DNA of 64,000 nucleotides from a virus (Duplodnaviria; Caudoviricetes): IMG/VR virus record IMGVR_UViG_3300021387_000147; one strand, 5' to 3'. Shown piece by piece: positions 1 to 9,280 of this stretch (position 1 is its first letter; each line of letters starts with the position of its first letter). The notes under the pieces were generated by a model. It saw only the letters and a program-made list of their open reading frames with translations, ran no database searches and was not told where the DNA came from. The position numbers and the translations under genes were made by a program.

Positions 1-1
1 G

Positions 2-646
2 GAAGGTAAAGTCATTAATAATAATGACCCTGAAAAATTAGGTAGAATTCAAATACAAATCTTTAACTTCTATGATGACCTTCCAAAAGATGGTATTCCT
101 TGGGCAATTCCAGATATTTTATTCATTGGTTCTAAAGCAGGAAACTTTATTGTTCCAGAAAATGGAACATTAGTTTCAGGTTATTTTGACCAAGGTGATA
201 TTCATAAACCAATTTATGATAAATTAGCTTTTAATAAAGAAAGTATCAATAATGGTGTTGCAGATCAAAATGAAGATTATCCACATAAGATGATTATCTT
301 CCAAACGGACCAAGGTGATTATATGACTTTAAATAGAAAGACTGGTGAAATGGCTCTATTACATAGAACTGGTGCATCATTGATATTTAAAGGTAATGGT
401 GAAATCCAAATAGATACTGGTGTAGATGAAGAAGGAAATAATGGTGATTTAGTTATAAACGTAAATGGTAATTGTAAAATCAATTCTAATGGTGATACTG
501 AAGTTACATCTATTGGAACTACAAAAGTAGATGGTCTAATGGTAGAATTGGGTAAGAATGCAGCAAAACAATTAGTTAATAATTTGCCAAATTGTGTTGT
601 GACAGGTGCTCCACATTTCTTAGGTAATACAAACGTAAAATGTTAA
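2..646 (+). CDS. Baseplate hub/central spike protein (gp5/VgrG-like OB-fold), 5'-truncated by window edge
   Basis: Frame open from nt 2: EGKVINNNDPEKLGRIQIQIF...IPWAIP...FIVPENGTLVSGYFDQGDIHKPIY is the gp5 OB-fold pattern; continues in frame into the 290..646 ORF with beta-repeat-like C-terminus. Confidence 0.8.
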   Translation, partial: EGKVINNNDPEKLGRIQIQIFNFYDDLPKDGIPWAIPDILFIGSKAGNFIVPENGTLVSGYFDQGDIHKPIYDKLAFNKESINNGVADQNEDYPHKMIIFQTDQGDYMTLNRKTGEMALLHRTGASLIFKGNGEIQIDTGVDEEGNNGDLVINVNGNCKINSNGDTEVTSIGTTKVDGLMVELGKNAAKQLVNNLPNCVVTGAPHFLGNTNVKC

Positions 647-647
647 G

Positions 648-935
648 GTGAATATGATTAGAATAACAGTTGATAAAAATAATAAAAATGTTAAATTGCA
701 TTATGATGATAATGCACATAAATTAAATGAATATACACAGTTCTTTAAAGAACACATGAGTAATCTAAGACAAAAGTATTTTGATATGATTAAAATATAT
801 TGGTATCTACCATCGGATTGTTATGGTTTAGATAAATTATGTGATGATATTTTTAGAACAGACTCAAAACATTTTAAATATATTACTGAAGAAAAATCCC
901 AATTTTCTACTGTTTATTGTTATGACAATAAATAA
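648..935 (+). CDS. Hypothetical protein
   Basis: 95-aa ORF tightly packed between flanking genes. Confidence 0.55.
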   Translation: MNMIRITVDKNNKNVKLHYDDNAHKLNEYTQFFKEHMSNLRQKYFDMIKIYWYLPSDCYGLDKLCDDIFRTDSKHFKYITEEKSQFSTVYCYDNK

Positions 936-938
936 AGT

Positions 939-2822
939 ATGGGATTATCTGTTTATACATATTACGAAACATTCAAACCACATTTTAGTTTTAGATTTAA
1001 GGTAGATTTTCTTTCTAATCCTTCACTATATAGATTAGTTCAAGATATAAAACTACCAACTATTTCTATAAATGCTTCAGATGGTAGAAAAAGATTTGGC
1101 CAAACCCAAATCGTTCTACCATTTTTTGAATTTGGTGATCAAGAAATTGAAATAACATTTATTGAAACAGATGATATGAAAGTATTAGACTATATGACTA
1201 ACCATTTAGCTTGGCCAAATAGTCCACAAACAGAAGATATTATCGTGACTGAATACGATGATACTCTACGTAATGTCCTTAAAAGAACATTATATACAAT
1301 TACATTATTTAGTTATAGTGCACCACAATGGCAGAATTCTGGTAGTCCATCTAATATGACTCTAACTGCTACATATATTGTTCGTAAATCAAGAGATATT
1401 ACAAAAGATGAATATGATTTATATAATTTGCCAATATATTCACCAGTTGTGGATATGGTTCAAGATATGAATGTAATTGGTTCATCTGTTGATGAAGGTA
1501 GTGCTGAAAGTGAATGGCAAAAATTCTTAGGTTCATTAAAAGACGAAGAATCTGAACAAGAAAAACTTGCTGAGTTTAATAACAAACGACAAGAGGCAAT
1601 GATGCAACCTATGGCATTTGAAACAAATACTAAAGCAAGAGAAAAATGGAAGGATGTTGAAAAAGAAAAAGGTGAATTAGATCAAATTATAGCAGAAACA
1701 TTAGCTGAAAACTTCGATAATAATTCATTTGAAGATCAACAAGCGGCTGAAATTGAAGCATTTAAACGTTATTGCTTACAAGAAACACATCGTGATGTTA
1801 ATAAAATGACAGATGAAGAAAAGAAAACAATGGCTGAAAGATGGCAGAAATTAAGTGATACAGAAAAATTATTATTGATTTATGGTATTGATACAGCAGA
1901 TGGTTTAAATGATGATGAAATTGATACTATTAAAAAAACTACTGCAGAAAATGCATTAAATATAGGTTTAACTGGAAAAGAAGCAGAAGATTTTATGAAA
2001 GAAAGACTTGATTCTATTGTAAAAGAAAATACAGAATTTGTTAATGCTTCTAAAGAATATCAAGAAGCTGTTAATCATCCTGAACAAGGTAGAGGTGGTG
2101 AAAAGCCAAAACAAGAAGGAACACAAACAGCTGGTGCACAAACATCTGGTTCATCTAATTCTAATATTGGTTCTGAACCTGTAAGATATAAACAACAGAA
2201 TGGTACTCTACAAAGCCTAATTAAATCTGGTAAATTGAAAGATTCAAAGGGTAATACTATTACTGATATTTCTCAATTGAAATATGGTGATAAATTATAT
2301 GTAGACGGTCACGAATATAAAGCTGTTAAATATGGTAATAACTGGTCACTTAACTCTAATGTTAAGGGTAAAGATTATTCATACGAAAGACATGCTAATA
2401 ACCCTGAAGAAGCATATCAAAATGTTACTGCTAATGGTGCAGTTCCATATAACTTAGGTGCAAAATCTGATGGTTGTATTGCTGATGGTTTGGACTGCAT
2501 GGGTTATGCTGGTGTTGTATTGAAAGCAGTTGGTGCTAAAGTTGTAGATAAGAATGGTAAAGTTGTATCAAATGATGTTGGTAGTGTATTTAAGAATTAC
2601 AGTACACAATCATTCTTAGATAAAGGCTTAAAAGTTGTTGGACCTGATGGTGTTGATATGAAGGTATTAGTTGCCGCTAAAGGTGGTACAGGTCACATTG
2701 TCATTGAATACAATGGTTATATCTATGAATCAGCAGGTTCATCTGGTGTTCGTAAAACAGAAAAATCTATTTGGGAAAAGAATTATAAAGGTAAAAACGA
2801 TTATAAGAACGTAATGGCATAA
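939..2822 (+). CDS. Tail-tube-fold (gp19/gp48/gp54-like) protein with C-terminal NlpC/P60-like cell-wall hydrolase
   Basis: N-terminal ~150 aa follow tube-protein pattern (FRFKVDF..IKLPTISI..EIEITFIETDD..IIVTEYDD..LTATY); C-terminus PYNLG..GLDCMGY..GHIVI..YES fits the NlpC/P60 Cys-His layout. Confidence 0.6.
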   Translation: MGLSVYTYYETFKPHFSFRFKVDFLSNPSLYRLVQDIKLPTISINASDGRKRFGQTQIVLPFFEFGDQEIEITFIETDDMKVLDYMTNHLAWPNSPQTEDIIVTEYDDTLRNVLKRTLYTITLFSYSAPQWQNSGSPSNMTLTATYIVRKSRDITKDEYDLYNLPIYSPVVDMVQDMNVIGSSVDEGSAESEWQKFLGSLKDEESEQEKLAEFNNKRQEAMMQPMAFETNTKAREKWKDVEKEKGELDQIIAETLAENFDNNSFEDQQAAEIEAFKRYCLQETHRDVNKMTDEEKKTMAERWQKLSDTEKLLLIYGIDTADGLNDDEIDTIKKTTAENALNIGLTGKEAEDFMKERLDSIVKENTEFVNASKEYQEAVNHPEQGRGGEKPKQEGTQTAGAQTSGSSNSNIGSEPVRYKQQNGTLQSLIKSGKLKDSKGNTITDISQLKYGDKLYVDGHEYKAVKYGNNWSLNSNVKGKDYSYERHANNPEEAYQNVTANGAVPYNLGAKSDGCIADGLDCMGYAGVVLKAVGAKVVDKNGKVVSNDVGSVFKNYSTQSFLDKGLKVVGPDGVDMKVLVAAKGGTGHIVIEYNGYIYESAGSSGVRKTEKSIWEKNYKGKNDYKNVMA

Positions 2823-2823
2823 T

Positions 2824-4668
2824 ATGAGTTTATCTGTATTTTCACATGATTTGTCCATAAAATTACCTGATACTTTTATTGTCAGTATTAAATGGAATAA
2901 AACAGACAGTGACTACACTGTCTTAAGAAGTTGTACTCAGTTTCAACCTCCTGTTGTGAAATACAAAAAAGAAATTCAAAACTTTGGTAATAATGGTTAT
3001 GCATTTGTTATTCCTGATTGGGAAGTAGATGATATATCTTTTACTTTTAATGAAGATACAAATTTCTCTACATCTAAATTATTATCTCATGCTATGCAAT
3101 ACCTATTTGATTTTTCTGATGACAAATGGTATTATAAAGAAAATAATATCTATGAAATAATTGTAGATGTTTATGATAATAATTTCAATAAAATTGTATA
3201 TCGTTATACTTATAGATATTTGAAATTAGTCAAATATGAAAATTATCAATTAGACTATTCTAATGATGCACTTACATCACTTTCATTAACATTTTCATTC
3301 ATGTATGCTAATGAAACTACATGCAATATTGATCCAAATAGTTCTAATGTTCCTAATATTACTGATAATATACAAGATGCACCTACAGCAACAAGTCTAA
3401 CTCAAGATATTGCACAAGATTATAATAAGCCTGCAATGAAACCTGAAAATGCTAATTCAAATACACAGAAAGATCGTGGTAATCAGCAAACTTCTGAACA
3501 AACTGCAGCTAAAACACTTGAATCTCAGAAAAATGAATCTGAACAGACTCCTAAGACAGAACAAGTTCAGACTCCTTCTGCTCAAATACCAGAAAGTAAT
3601 AATCAAGAAGAAAGTAAAACTAAGGAAACTGCATCTACAAATCCTGTAGATTTGAATAAGCTATCTGGTGATGATAGAATTGATGAACTTGCATATAGAA
3701 TGATGAGAGGTCAATTAGATAATGGTAAACCTCGTTATGATAAAACTTATAAAGCAGGTTATACTGAATCTGAAAGAGCTGCTGCTCAAGGCATTGTTAA
3801 TCAGAAGGATTGGGAAGGTCTTAAAGAACGTCATGATGCAAGAGTTGCAAATAAAGATACTCACTACTCAACTGCAGAAGAAACTGCTGTTGCTAAGACT
3901 GACTATACACCAAATAAAGATATAGCTCAATCAAGAAGTGCAGATGTTTCTACTCCAGCATCTCAATCTACTGGTGGTCAAGATGCTGCTGACGCTGCTG
4001 CTAAGGCAAGACTTGCTGCTGAACAGAGAAATAAATCTGAAGATGTTGCTGTTAATACAAAACCTGTAGAACAAAAACATGAAAATCAACCAAAACAGCA
4101 AGATACTCAAGTAGCTAAGACTGAACCAAAGAAATCTGAAGAAAAGAAACAACCAAAACAAGAAGCTACTCAAGTTGCTCAGTCTGAACCTAAGAAAGAA
4201 CCAAAATCTGATGGTAAGACACAAATATCTGAAGACCAATATGGTAATATCAAAGTTGAAAATGATACTGGTACTCTTTATAAGACTAAAGATGGTCAAA
4301 AGTATTATAAACTAAAAGATAATGATACTATCTATATGGCAGATAATAAAAATAAATTAAAAGAATCTAGAGCACATGATGGCTTAGTTGTTGAAACTAT
4401 CAATGGTGATACTCAAATCTATCAGTCTATCCAGCAAGGTGGAAATGAAATCTATAGAGAAAGAAATGTCACTCAAGAAGTTATGACTTCTGATGGAATT
4501 AAAGAAAGTCTCGATAGAAAACAAGCAACTAGAGATGGTGGACGTAGTGGTAATCAATACAATAGAGGTAGAGGTGGTGAAGCCGCTGCTGCAGCCGCTG
4601 CAGCAAAGAGCGCTCAACAGCAACACGCTTCTGCTAAAAGTAGTTCACAAAAGGTTAAAACCGCTTAA
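2824..4668 (+). CDS. Tail-tube-fold protein with CW_7-like cell-wall-binding motif and low-complexity linkers
   Basis: N-terminal tube-like domain (DISFTFNED..IIVDVYDNN..YQLDYSND..LSLTFSF); IDELAYRMMRGQLDNGKPR..KAGY..AAQGIVN resembles the Cpl-7/CW_7 repeat. Confidence 0.55.
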   Translation: MSLSVFSHDLSIKLPDTFIVSIKWNKTDSDYTVLRSCTQFQPPVVKYKKEIQNFGNNGYAFVIPDWEVDDISFTFNEDTNFSTSKLLSHAMQYLFDFSDDKWYYKENNIYEIIVDVYDNNFNKIVYRYTYRYLKLVKYENYQLDYSNDALTSLSLTFSFMYANETTCNIDPNSSNVPNITDNIQDAPTATSLTQDIAQDYNKPAMKPENANSNTQKDRGNQQTSEQTAAKTLESQKNESEQTPKTEQVQTPSAQIPESNNQEESKTKETASTNPVDLNKLSGDDRIDELAYRMMRGQLDNGKPRYDKTYKAGYTESERAAAQGIVNQKDWEGLKERHDARVANKDTHYSTAEETAVAKTDYTPNKDIAQSRSADVSTPASQSTGGQDAADAAAKARLAAEQRNKSEDVAVNTKPVEQKHENQPKQQDTQVAKTEPKKSEEKKQPKQEATQVAQSEPKKEPKSDGKTQISEDQYGNIKVENDTGTLYKTKDGQKYYKLKDNDTIYMADNKNKLKESRAHDGLVVETINGDTQIYQSIQQGGNEIYRERNVTQEVMTSDGIKESLDRKQATRDGGRSGNQYNRGRGGEAAAAAAAAKSAQQQHASAKSSSQKVKTA

Positions 4669-4692
4669 AACGCTCTCAGAATATAAAATAAT

Positions 4693-4718
4693 AGAGGATG
4701 ATAAAACTATCATCCTCT
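4693..4718. terminator. Intrinsic terminator between convergent genes
   Basis: AGAGGATGATA-AAAC-TATCATCCTCT perfect stem flanked by A/T tracts. Confidence 0.7.
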
Positions 4719-4753
4719 TCTTTATTTAAGCCCAGAAAGCGCTTTCTGCGCAA

Positions 4754-5389
4754 CTAATCGTATGCTATATTACCTTCACCATCCATAGGGTCATCTAAAG
4801 TATTGATATTGTTATAGAAATCCAATCCAGCAATTTCTCTTGATGCAATCTTCTTCTGTTCTTTTAAATCCATACGAATAGAATTAGTCACAACCTGTGT
4901 AGTGTATGCGAATGCTGATGAATTTGCTTCTGTATCATAACGATTAATATATCTAAATAAAGTCATCAATGCATTCTGCTTAATATCGTTAATATCTTCT
5001 GGATCCTTACTTGCAACCAACTTAAATGATATTACACGACCATCAATAATCTTAACAAATGCTTCACAAAGATTTGCTTTTACAATATTGAATTCACTAT
5101 CATATTTTCTTCTTGCTTCAGGAGTCCAAACTGAATAATAATCTTTTCTTAACTTATTGATATGCTTGACTTTATTCAAGATAAACTTCTTACAACGGTC
5201 ATACTTATCTTTCTTAATCTTATTTGTGTTATATGAATTCTCTAACTTGCTTAGATATTCTGCACACCATGACCCATCATCCTGATAATTCATTTCATTG
5301 TATTTACGAATTAACTCTCTCAAATAGGCATTGTTAATATAACCATCTGATTTATCTGCTTTTAGTTTTTCTAAATCTACTTCACTCAT
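4754..5389 (-). CDS. gp55: Late-transcription sigma factor (T4 gp55-like)
   Basis: YINNAYLRELI..EAFVKIIDG..DIKQNALMTLFRYINRYD..SAFAYTTQVVTNSI matches gp55 blocks; many TATAAATA late promoters in window. Confidence 0.85.
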   Translation of the reverse strand: MSEVDLEKLKADKSDGYINNAYLRELIRKYNEMNYQDDGSWCAEYLSKLENSYNTNKIKKDKYDRCKKFILNKVKHINKLRKDYYSVWTPEARRKYDSEFNIVKANLCEAFVKIIDGRVISFKLVASKDPEDINDIKQNALMTLFRYINRYDTEANSSAFAYTTQVVTNSIRMDLKEQKKIASREIAGLDFYNNINTLDDPMDGEGNIAYD

Positions 5390-5496
5390 AAAAATCCTCT
5401 AAATATGTTATTGTTTGTTTCTAAGATAAAATATAAGAAAATAAAAACAAATCCACTTTCCATGGATTTGTTTTTTTCCAATATTTAATGTGCTTA

Positions 5497-6399
5497 TTAA
5501 ATTTTTGGATGTTTAACACTGCTTGTAGAAGGTGTGTGAGCGTTTGCTTGTGACTTAGCTTTGTTAATTTCCTTCTGTGTTTCAGCATTTTCATCTTGAA
5601 TCATCTTATTGACAATTTCTTGTTCAATTTCTACTTCCATCCAAGGCCAATCATCAGTAATCTGTAAGTTTGCATACTTTGCAATACGTGTGATTAGTTC
5701 CAAGATTTCCTTAATAGAAGTATGAGTAAACATATTTTCATCAGCAACAATTAGTTTAACATCTGTGATTTCACCACATACAGGACATTTAATTTGTATT
5801 GTTTTGTGCATACCACATTTCATGTTATCAATTGTATACTTCAAATTCACAAAGTCCATACCTTGTAAATTCATAATAAATCTTGCTTTATCTTCTAATG
5901 AGTTATCTGTATCAATATACAAAGCTAAATCTAAAAATTCATCATTCTCAACTAATCGTGCATCATTCAAATCTTTAATAGTTGGTTGCTTTAATGGAAT
6001 TGTTATATTCAATCCATCTAAAAAACACATATCAGCTTTAGATTTAATGTAATCAGTTTTAAATGAATTCAATTTAACTTCTTGTTCAATAGAATTTTTA
6101 CATGTTGGACATTCAGGTATTTTTATTTGATAACCTGATGAACGAATAAATGTGTTAGTTCTTAACCAGAATAACAAATATTCTCTATCAGCTAACAATA
6201 TATCTTCAAATTTAAGATGCTTTAATTTCAAACATCTATTCAATAATTCATTTGTAATAGTAGTTGCATTTGACTTATTAAATGTTGCTAAATACTTTAC
6301 ATCTTGTACTGTCATAGTTCTAATACGTATTTCAGTATCAAGACTATAATATTGCCCTAATGAAGGCAAATCATTAAATTCAATTTTCCAATAATTCAT
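5497..6399 (-). CDS. Baseplate hub assembly protein (gp26-like)
   Basis: LPSLG..IRIRTMTVQDVKYL..ADREYLLFWLR..CPTC..CPVCG pattern typical of the T4 gp26 family. Confidence 0.7.
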   Translation of the reverse strand: MNYWKIEFNDLPSLGQYYSLDTEIRIRTMTVQDVKYLATFNKSNATTITNELLNRCLKLKHLKFEDILLADREYLLFWLRTNTFIRSSGYQIKIPECPTCKNSIEQEVKLNSFKTDYIKSKADMCFLDGLNITIPLKQPTIKDLNDARLVENDEFLDLALYIDTDNSLEDKARFIMNLQGMDFVNLKYTIDNMKCGMHKTIQIKCPVCGEITDVKLIVADENMFTHTSIKEILELITRIAKYANLQITDDWPWMEVEIEQEIVNKMIQDENAETQKEINKAKSQANAHTPSTSSVKHPKI

Positions 6400-7043
6400 A
6401 TTTCACCTGATATACTAACCATGGGTTTAATTATGCCTTGTCCAGTCATAACACCACCTGAAGAAGTAGGACCACTAGCAATACCCATCCAAAATAAACC
6501 ATTAAATGCTTTAACTAAGAATTTGTCAAGAACATCATAAAAGATTGTTTTACCTTGAACTTGTTGTTCTGTATCAAAGTTTTGCATATATGCATAACAT
6601 TCTTGACCAGTCTTAGTGAAGTGTGCTAATACACTTCCTCTCTTAGACATAAACTTTACTTGAATTGGTGTTAATATATATGGACTAAATACTTCACCAA
6701 TTTTATGACCTAATGCTACTTGTAATGTTTGTTCTAATTTACTACCTAATAATGTGAACAAGTTAATAATTGTAGTAGTTCCAATACAACAACTTCTAAT
6801 ATCATTTGAAGTAAATGTTATTGGTGTTAACACAATACCAGCATTACCTATCATTGAATATGAAGTTGTACCTGGACCTACTACTTGACCATACCAATAG
6901 AAATCTAATTTAGTCAAAAAATTATATACGCCTAATGTAAATGCATTAGCCATATCACTATGCCATGTTACTTTCTCAGCTGTGGCGACTGCCAATGTAG
7001 GCTCCATATAAAATTTAATTAAATTTGGTGTTGTCTTCTGCAT
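6396..7043 (-). CDS. Hypothetical (probably virion) protein
   Basis: 215-aa ORF translationally coupled to neighbours. Confidence 0.6.
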   Translation of the reverse strand: MQKTTPNLIKFYMEPTLAVATAEKVTWHSDMANAFTLGVYNFLTKLDFYWYGQVVGPGTTSYSMIGNAGIVLTPITFTSNDIRSCCIGTTTIINLFTLLGSKLEQTLQVALGHKIGEVFSPYILTPIQVKFMSKRGSVLAHFTKTGQECYAYMQNFDTEQQVQGKTIFYDVLDKFLVKAFNGLFWMGIASGPTSSGGVMTGQGIIKPMVSISGEI

Positions 7044-8089
7044 TAGAAATCACCCCAGAAATCATTTGACTGATTATGCATGACCATATAATCAACTGGA
7101 TATTCTTCAACTGGTCTATCATCTGAAGGTTTACATGTATCTAAGTCAATTTCAGGTTGCATTGTTGCATATACTGCCCAATACAATGCTGATACAGTAT
7201 CATCATGATTACCTTTCGCAGCCTTAAATACATTACCTACATCTTGCTCTTCAAAACGTGACAATTCCTTAATAGTATCTGAGTCATGAACCTCTAAGAA
7301 ATCATTATCCATCAATCTCTTCAATTCAAGACAAGCATCCAATTTAGAACGTTTTGTTGCTTTAGTTCCTAATGGTTTACCTGGTCCATCTGTAGAAATC
7401 AATTTATAATTCTCTAGATTATACCACAATTCTTCACAAACTTTCTTACCTGAGTCTTGGTTTTCAATAATATACCAAGCACCATTATATTTGTCTGACA
7501 AATACTTAATTTGTACAGCAAATGCTTCAGGACTTACTTCATTGTTTCTATAACAAGCTACTTCTTCCATCTTATTTCTTGATAAAACCTTAATAACTTG
7601 TATAGTTGAATAGTCACCTTGACAACCTGTACCAACGTCACATCCCATTACATACATTACACCAGGGATTGGATCTTCAAAAATCTTAATATCATAATTA
7701 TGTTCATATCTAATTGGTTCTTTTTCTCTCAACTTTTCCAATGTTTCAGCATTAATTAAGGTCTGTGAAGAACCTAAGAATGAACAGTTGTGATTAATCA
7801 ATCCGTTTGTAGTTTGATAATACTCACCATCTACATTCAATGGTGTATAAACTCTACCAATACCAAAATAATCTACAAATAAAACATGTGATTTACCAAA
7901 TTCTACATTATACAGAATATCACCTGGTTGTAAATCTCCAGCCACCATTTCAGGTTTTGTAATTCCTTTAAATATATGGTCTGGTGTACATTTAATTACG
8001 CAGTTATCACATTGAACTTCCAAAATAGGTGATAACTTACAAATAATTCTTTCAAAGTTTTTCCATTCTTCGCCACATTTTATTAACAT
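7043..8089 (-). CDS. terL: Terminase large subunit C-terminal (nuclease) half preceded by split-intein C fragment
   Basis: aa1-101 intein-like (CTPDH block B; VYTPLNV..NGLINHN block F/G) then CSFLGSSQTLI, MGCDVG..DYS and HDDTVSA nuclease motifs of gp17; own SD AGAGGTAAAC. Confidence 0.92.
   Translation of the reverse strand: MLIKCGEEWKNFERIICKLSPILEVQCDNCVIKCTPDHIFKGITKPEMVAGDLQPGDILYNVEFGKSHVLFVDYFGIGRVYTPLNVDGEYYQTTNGLINHNCSFLGSSQTLINAETLEKLREKEPIRYEHNYDIKIFEDPIPGVMYVMGCDVGTGCQGDYSTIQVIKVLSRNKMEEVACYRNNEVSPEAFAVQIKYLSDKYNGAWYIIENQDSGKKVCEELWYNLENYKLISTDGPGKPLGTKATKRSKLDACLELKRLMDNDFLEVHDSDTIKELSRFEEQDVGNVFKAAKGNHDDTVSALYWAVYATMQPEIDLDTCKPSDDRPVEEYPVDYMVMHNQSNDFWGDF
7787..8089 (-). other. 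Split intein, C fragment (101 aa)
   Basis: TPDH motif, terminal His-Asn at 7787-7792, Cys+1 at 7784-7786. Confidence 0.9.
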
Positions 8090-8116
8090 AGTTTACCTCT
8101 TTATGTAGTTTTTCTT

Positions 8117-8136
8117 TATTATTTATATAAATAATA
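8117..8136. promoter_or_regulatory. Bidirectional T4-type late promoter (two overlapping TATAAATA in a perfect 20-bp palindrome)
   Basis: TATTATTTATATAAATAATA: TATAAATA on - at 8120-8127 and on + at 8126-8133, between the two terL halves. Confidence 0.8.
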
Positions 8137-8196
8137 TAGACAATATGAAGAATATTGTCAATACTTAACTTTGTAAATTAACTAAATGAGGTAAAT

Positions 8197-9276
8197 ATGT
8201 GGCAAAAAACTGCTGAACTTAGAGGACACAATGAAGTCATCGAAATGACTCAAGATGAGATGCAAGAATATATTAAATGTGCAACTGATATATTTCATTT
8301 CTCTAAGTATTTCTATATTTTAACAGGTGAAGGTGAACGTCCAATCGAATTAAGAGAATATCAAGTTAGATTGGTAAAAATGTTGACAGGTAAGTACTAT
8401 TTCAAAAATGAAGATGGTACTGATGTAGTTAATGCTAATGGTGAAAAGTCTGAACGTAATAACCGTATCATTATGATGGGACGTCAGACAGGTAAAACAA
8501 CCTTAGCTACCCTTTATATTTTGTGGTATGCTCTATTCAATAAAGACAAAACAATTGCTGTTCTAGCAAACAAGGAATCACAAGCATTGGAAATTATGCT
8601 TCGTATTCGTTCTGCTATATTGAAACTTCCTCTATGGCTACAACAAGGTATCAATCCTGATAGAGGTGGTTGGTCAAAAGGTACAATAGGATTTGATAAT
8701 GGTAGTAAGATATTCGCTGCTGCATCTTCATCATCTTCTATTCGTGGTAAATCTGTTGACTTCATGCTTGTGGACGAATTTGCATTCTTACCTGAAAATG
8801 ATGCTAATGACTTCATGATGTCTGTTTTCCCTACTCAGTCTTCTCGTAAAGAATCAAGACTAATTCTAATCTCAACTCCTCATGGTATGAACCACTTCTA
8901 TAAGATTTGGCAGAAAGCTATTGCAGGTCTAAATACTTTCGTTCCAGCAAAAGTACAATGGAATGAAGTAGAAGGAAGAGATGAAGATTGGAAAAATAGA
9001 ATGATACGTGACGTTGGTCCTCAATTCTTCGCTCAAGAATATGCTTGTCTATATGGTGATGAAAAGGTGACAATTAAAGTTGATGTTCCTGATGGTGGAC
9101 TATCTTATGAATATACAGATAAGATTGAAAACATCTATAAGATGTGGCCAACATTTAGAAACAAATGGGTTAATAAGCTTACAAATAGAGAATATGATTT
9201 TGAAGCTCTAGATGCTGTTATGGAAGCGATAGACAAGGTTAGACGGACAGATTGCAGACCGCCTGATTATGAATAA
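8197..9276 (+). CDS. terL: Terminase large subunit N-terminal (ATPase) half followed by split-intein N fragment
   Basis: LREYQ adenine-binding motif, Walker A GRQTGKT, Walker B FMLVDE, ISTP coupling motif; ends FAQEYA|CLYGDEKV.. (intein block A); SD GAGGTAAAT. Confidence 0.93.
   Translation: MWQKTAELRGHNEVIEMTQDEMQEYIKCATDIFHFSKYFYILTGEGERPIELREYQVRLVKMLTGKYYFKNEDGTDVVNANGEKSERNNRIIMMGRQTGKTTLATLYILWYALFNKDKTIAVLANKESQALEIMLRIRSAILKLPLWLQQGINPDRGGWSKGTIGFDNGSKIFAAASSSSSIRGKSVDFMLVDEFAFLPENDANDFMMSVFPTQSSRKESRLILISTPHGMNHFYKIWQKAIAGLNTFVPAKVQWNEVEGRDEDWKNRMIRDVGPQFFAQEYACLYGDEKVTIKVDVPDGGLSYEYTDKIENIYKMWPTFRNKWVNKLTNREYDFEALDAVMEAIDKVRRTDCRPPDYE
9046..9273 (+). other. Split intein, N fragment (76 aa including C-terminal extension)
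   Basis: Starts CLYGDEKVTI (block A, Cys1 at 9046-9048), KIENIYK helix, no block B. Confidence 0.88.
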
Positions 9277-9280
9277 TTAA

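Noticed and set aside
7043-9276. terL split as an assembly inversion artefact or as a recombinase-switched invertible segment
   Set aside because: Each half has its own promoter, SD and clean start/stop; I found no long inverted repeats flanking the N half and no recombinase in the window
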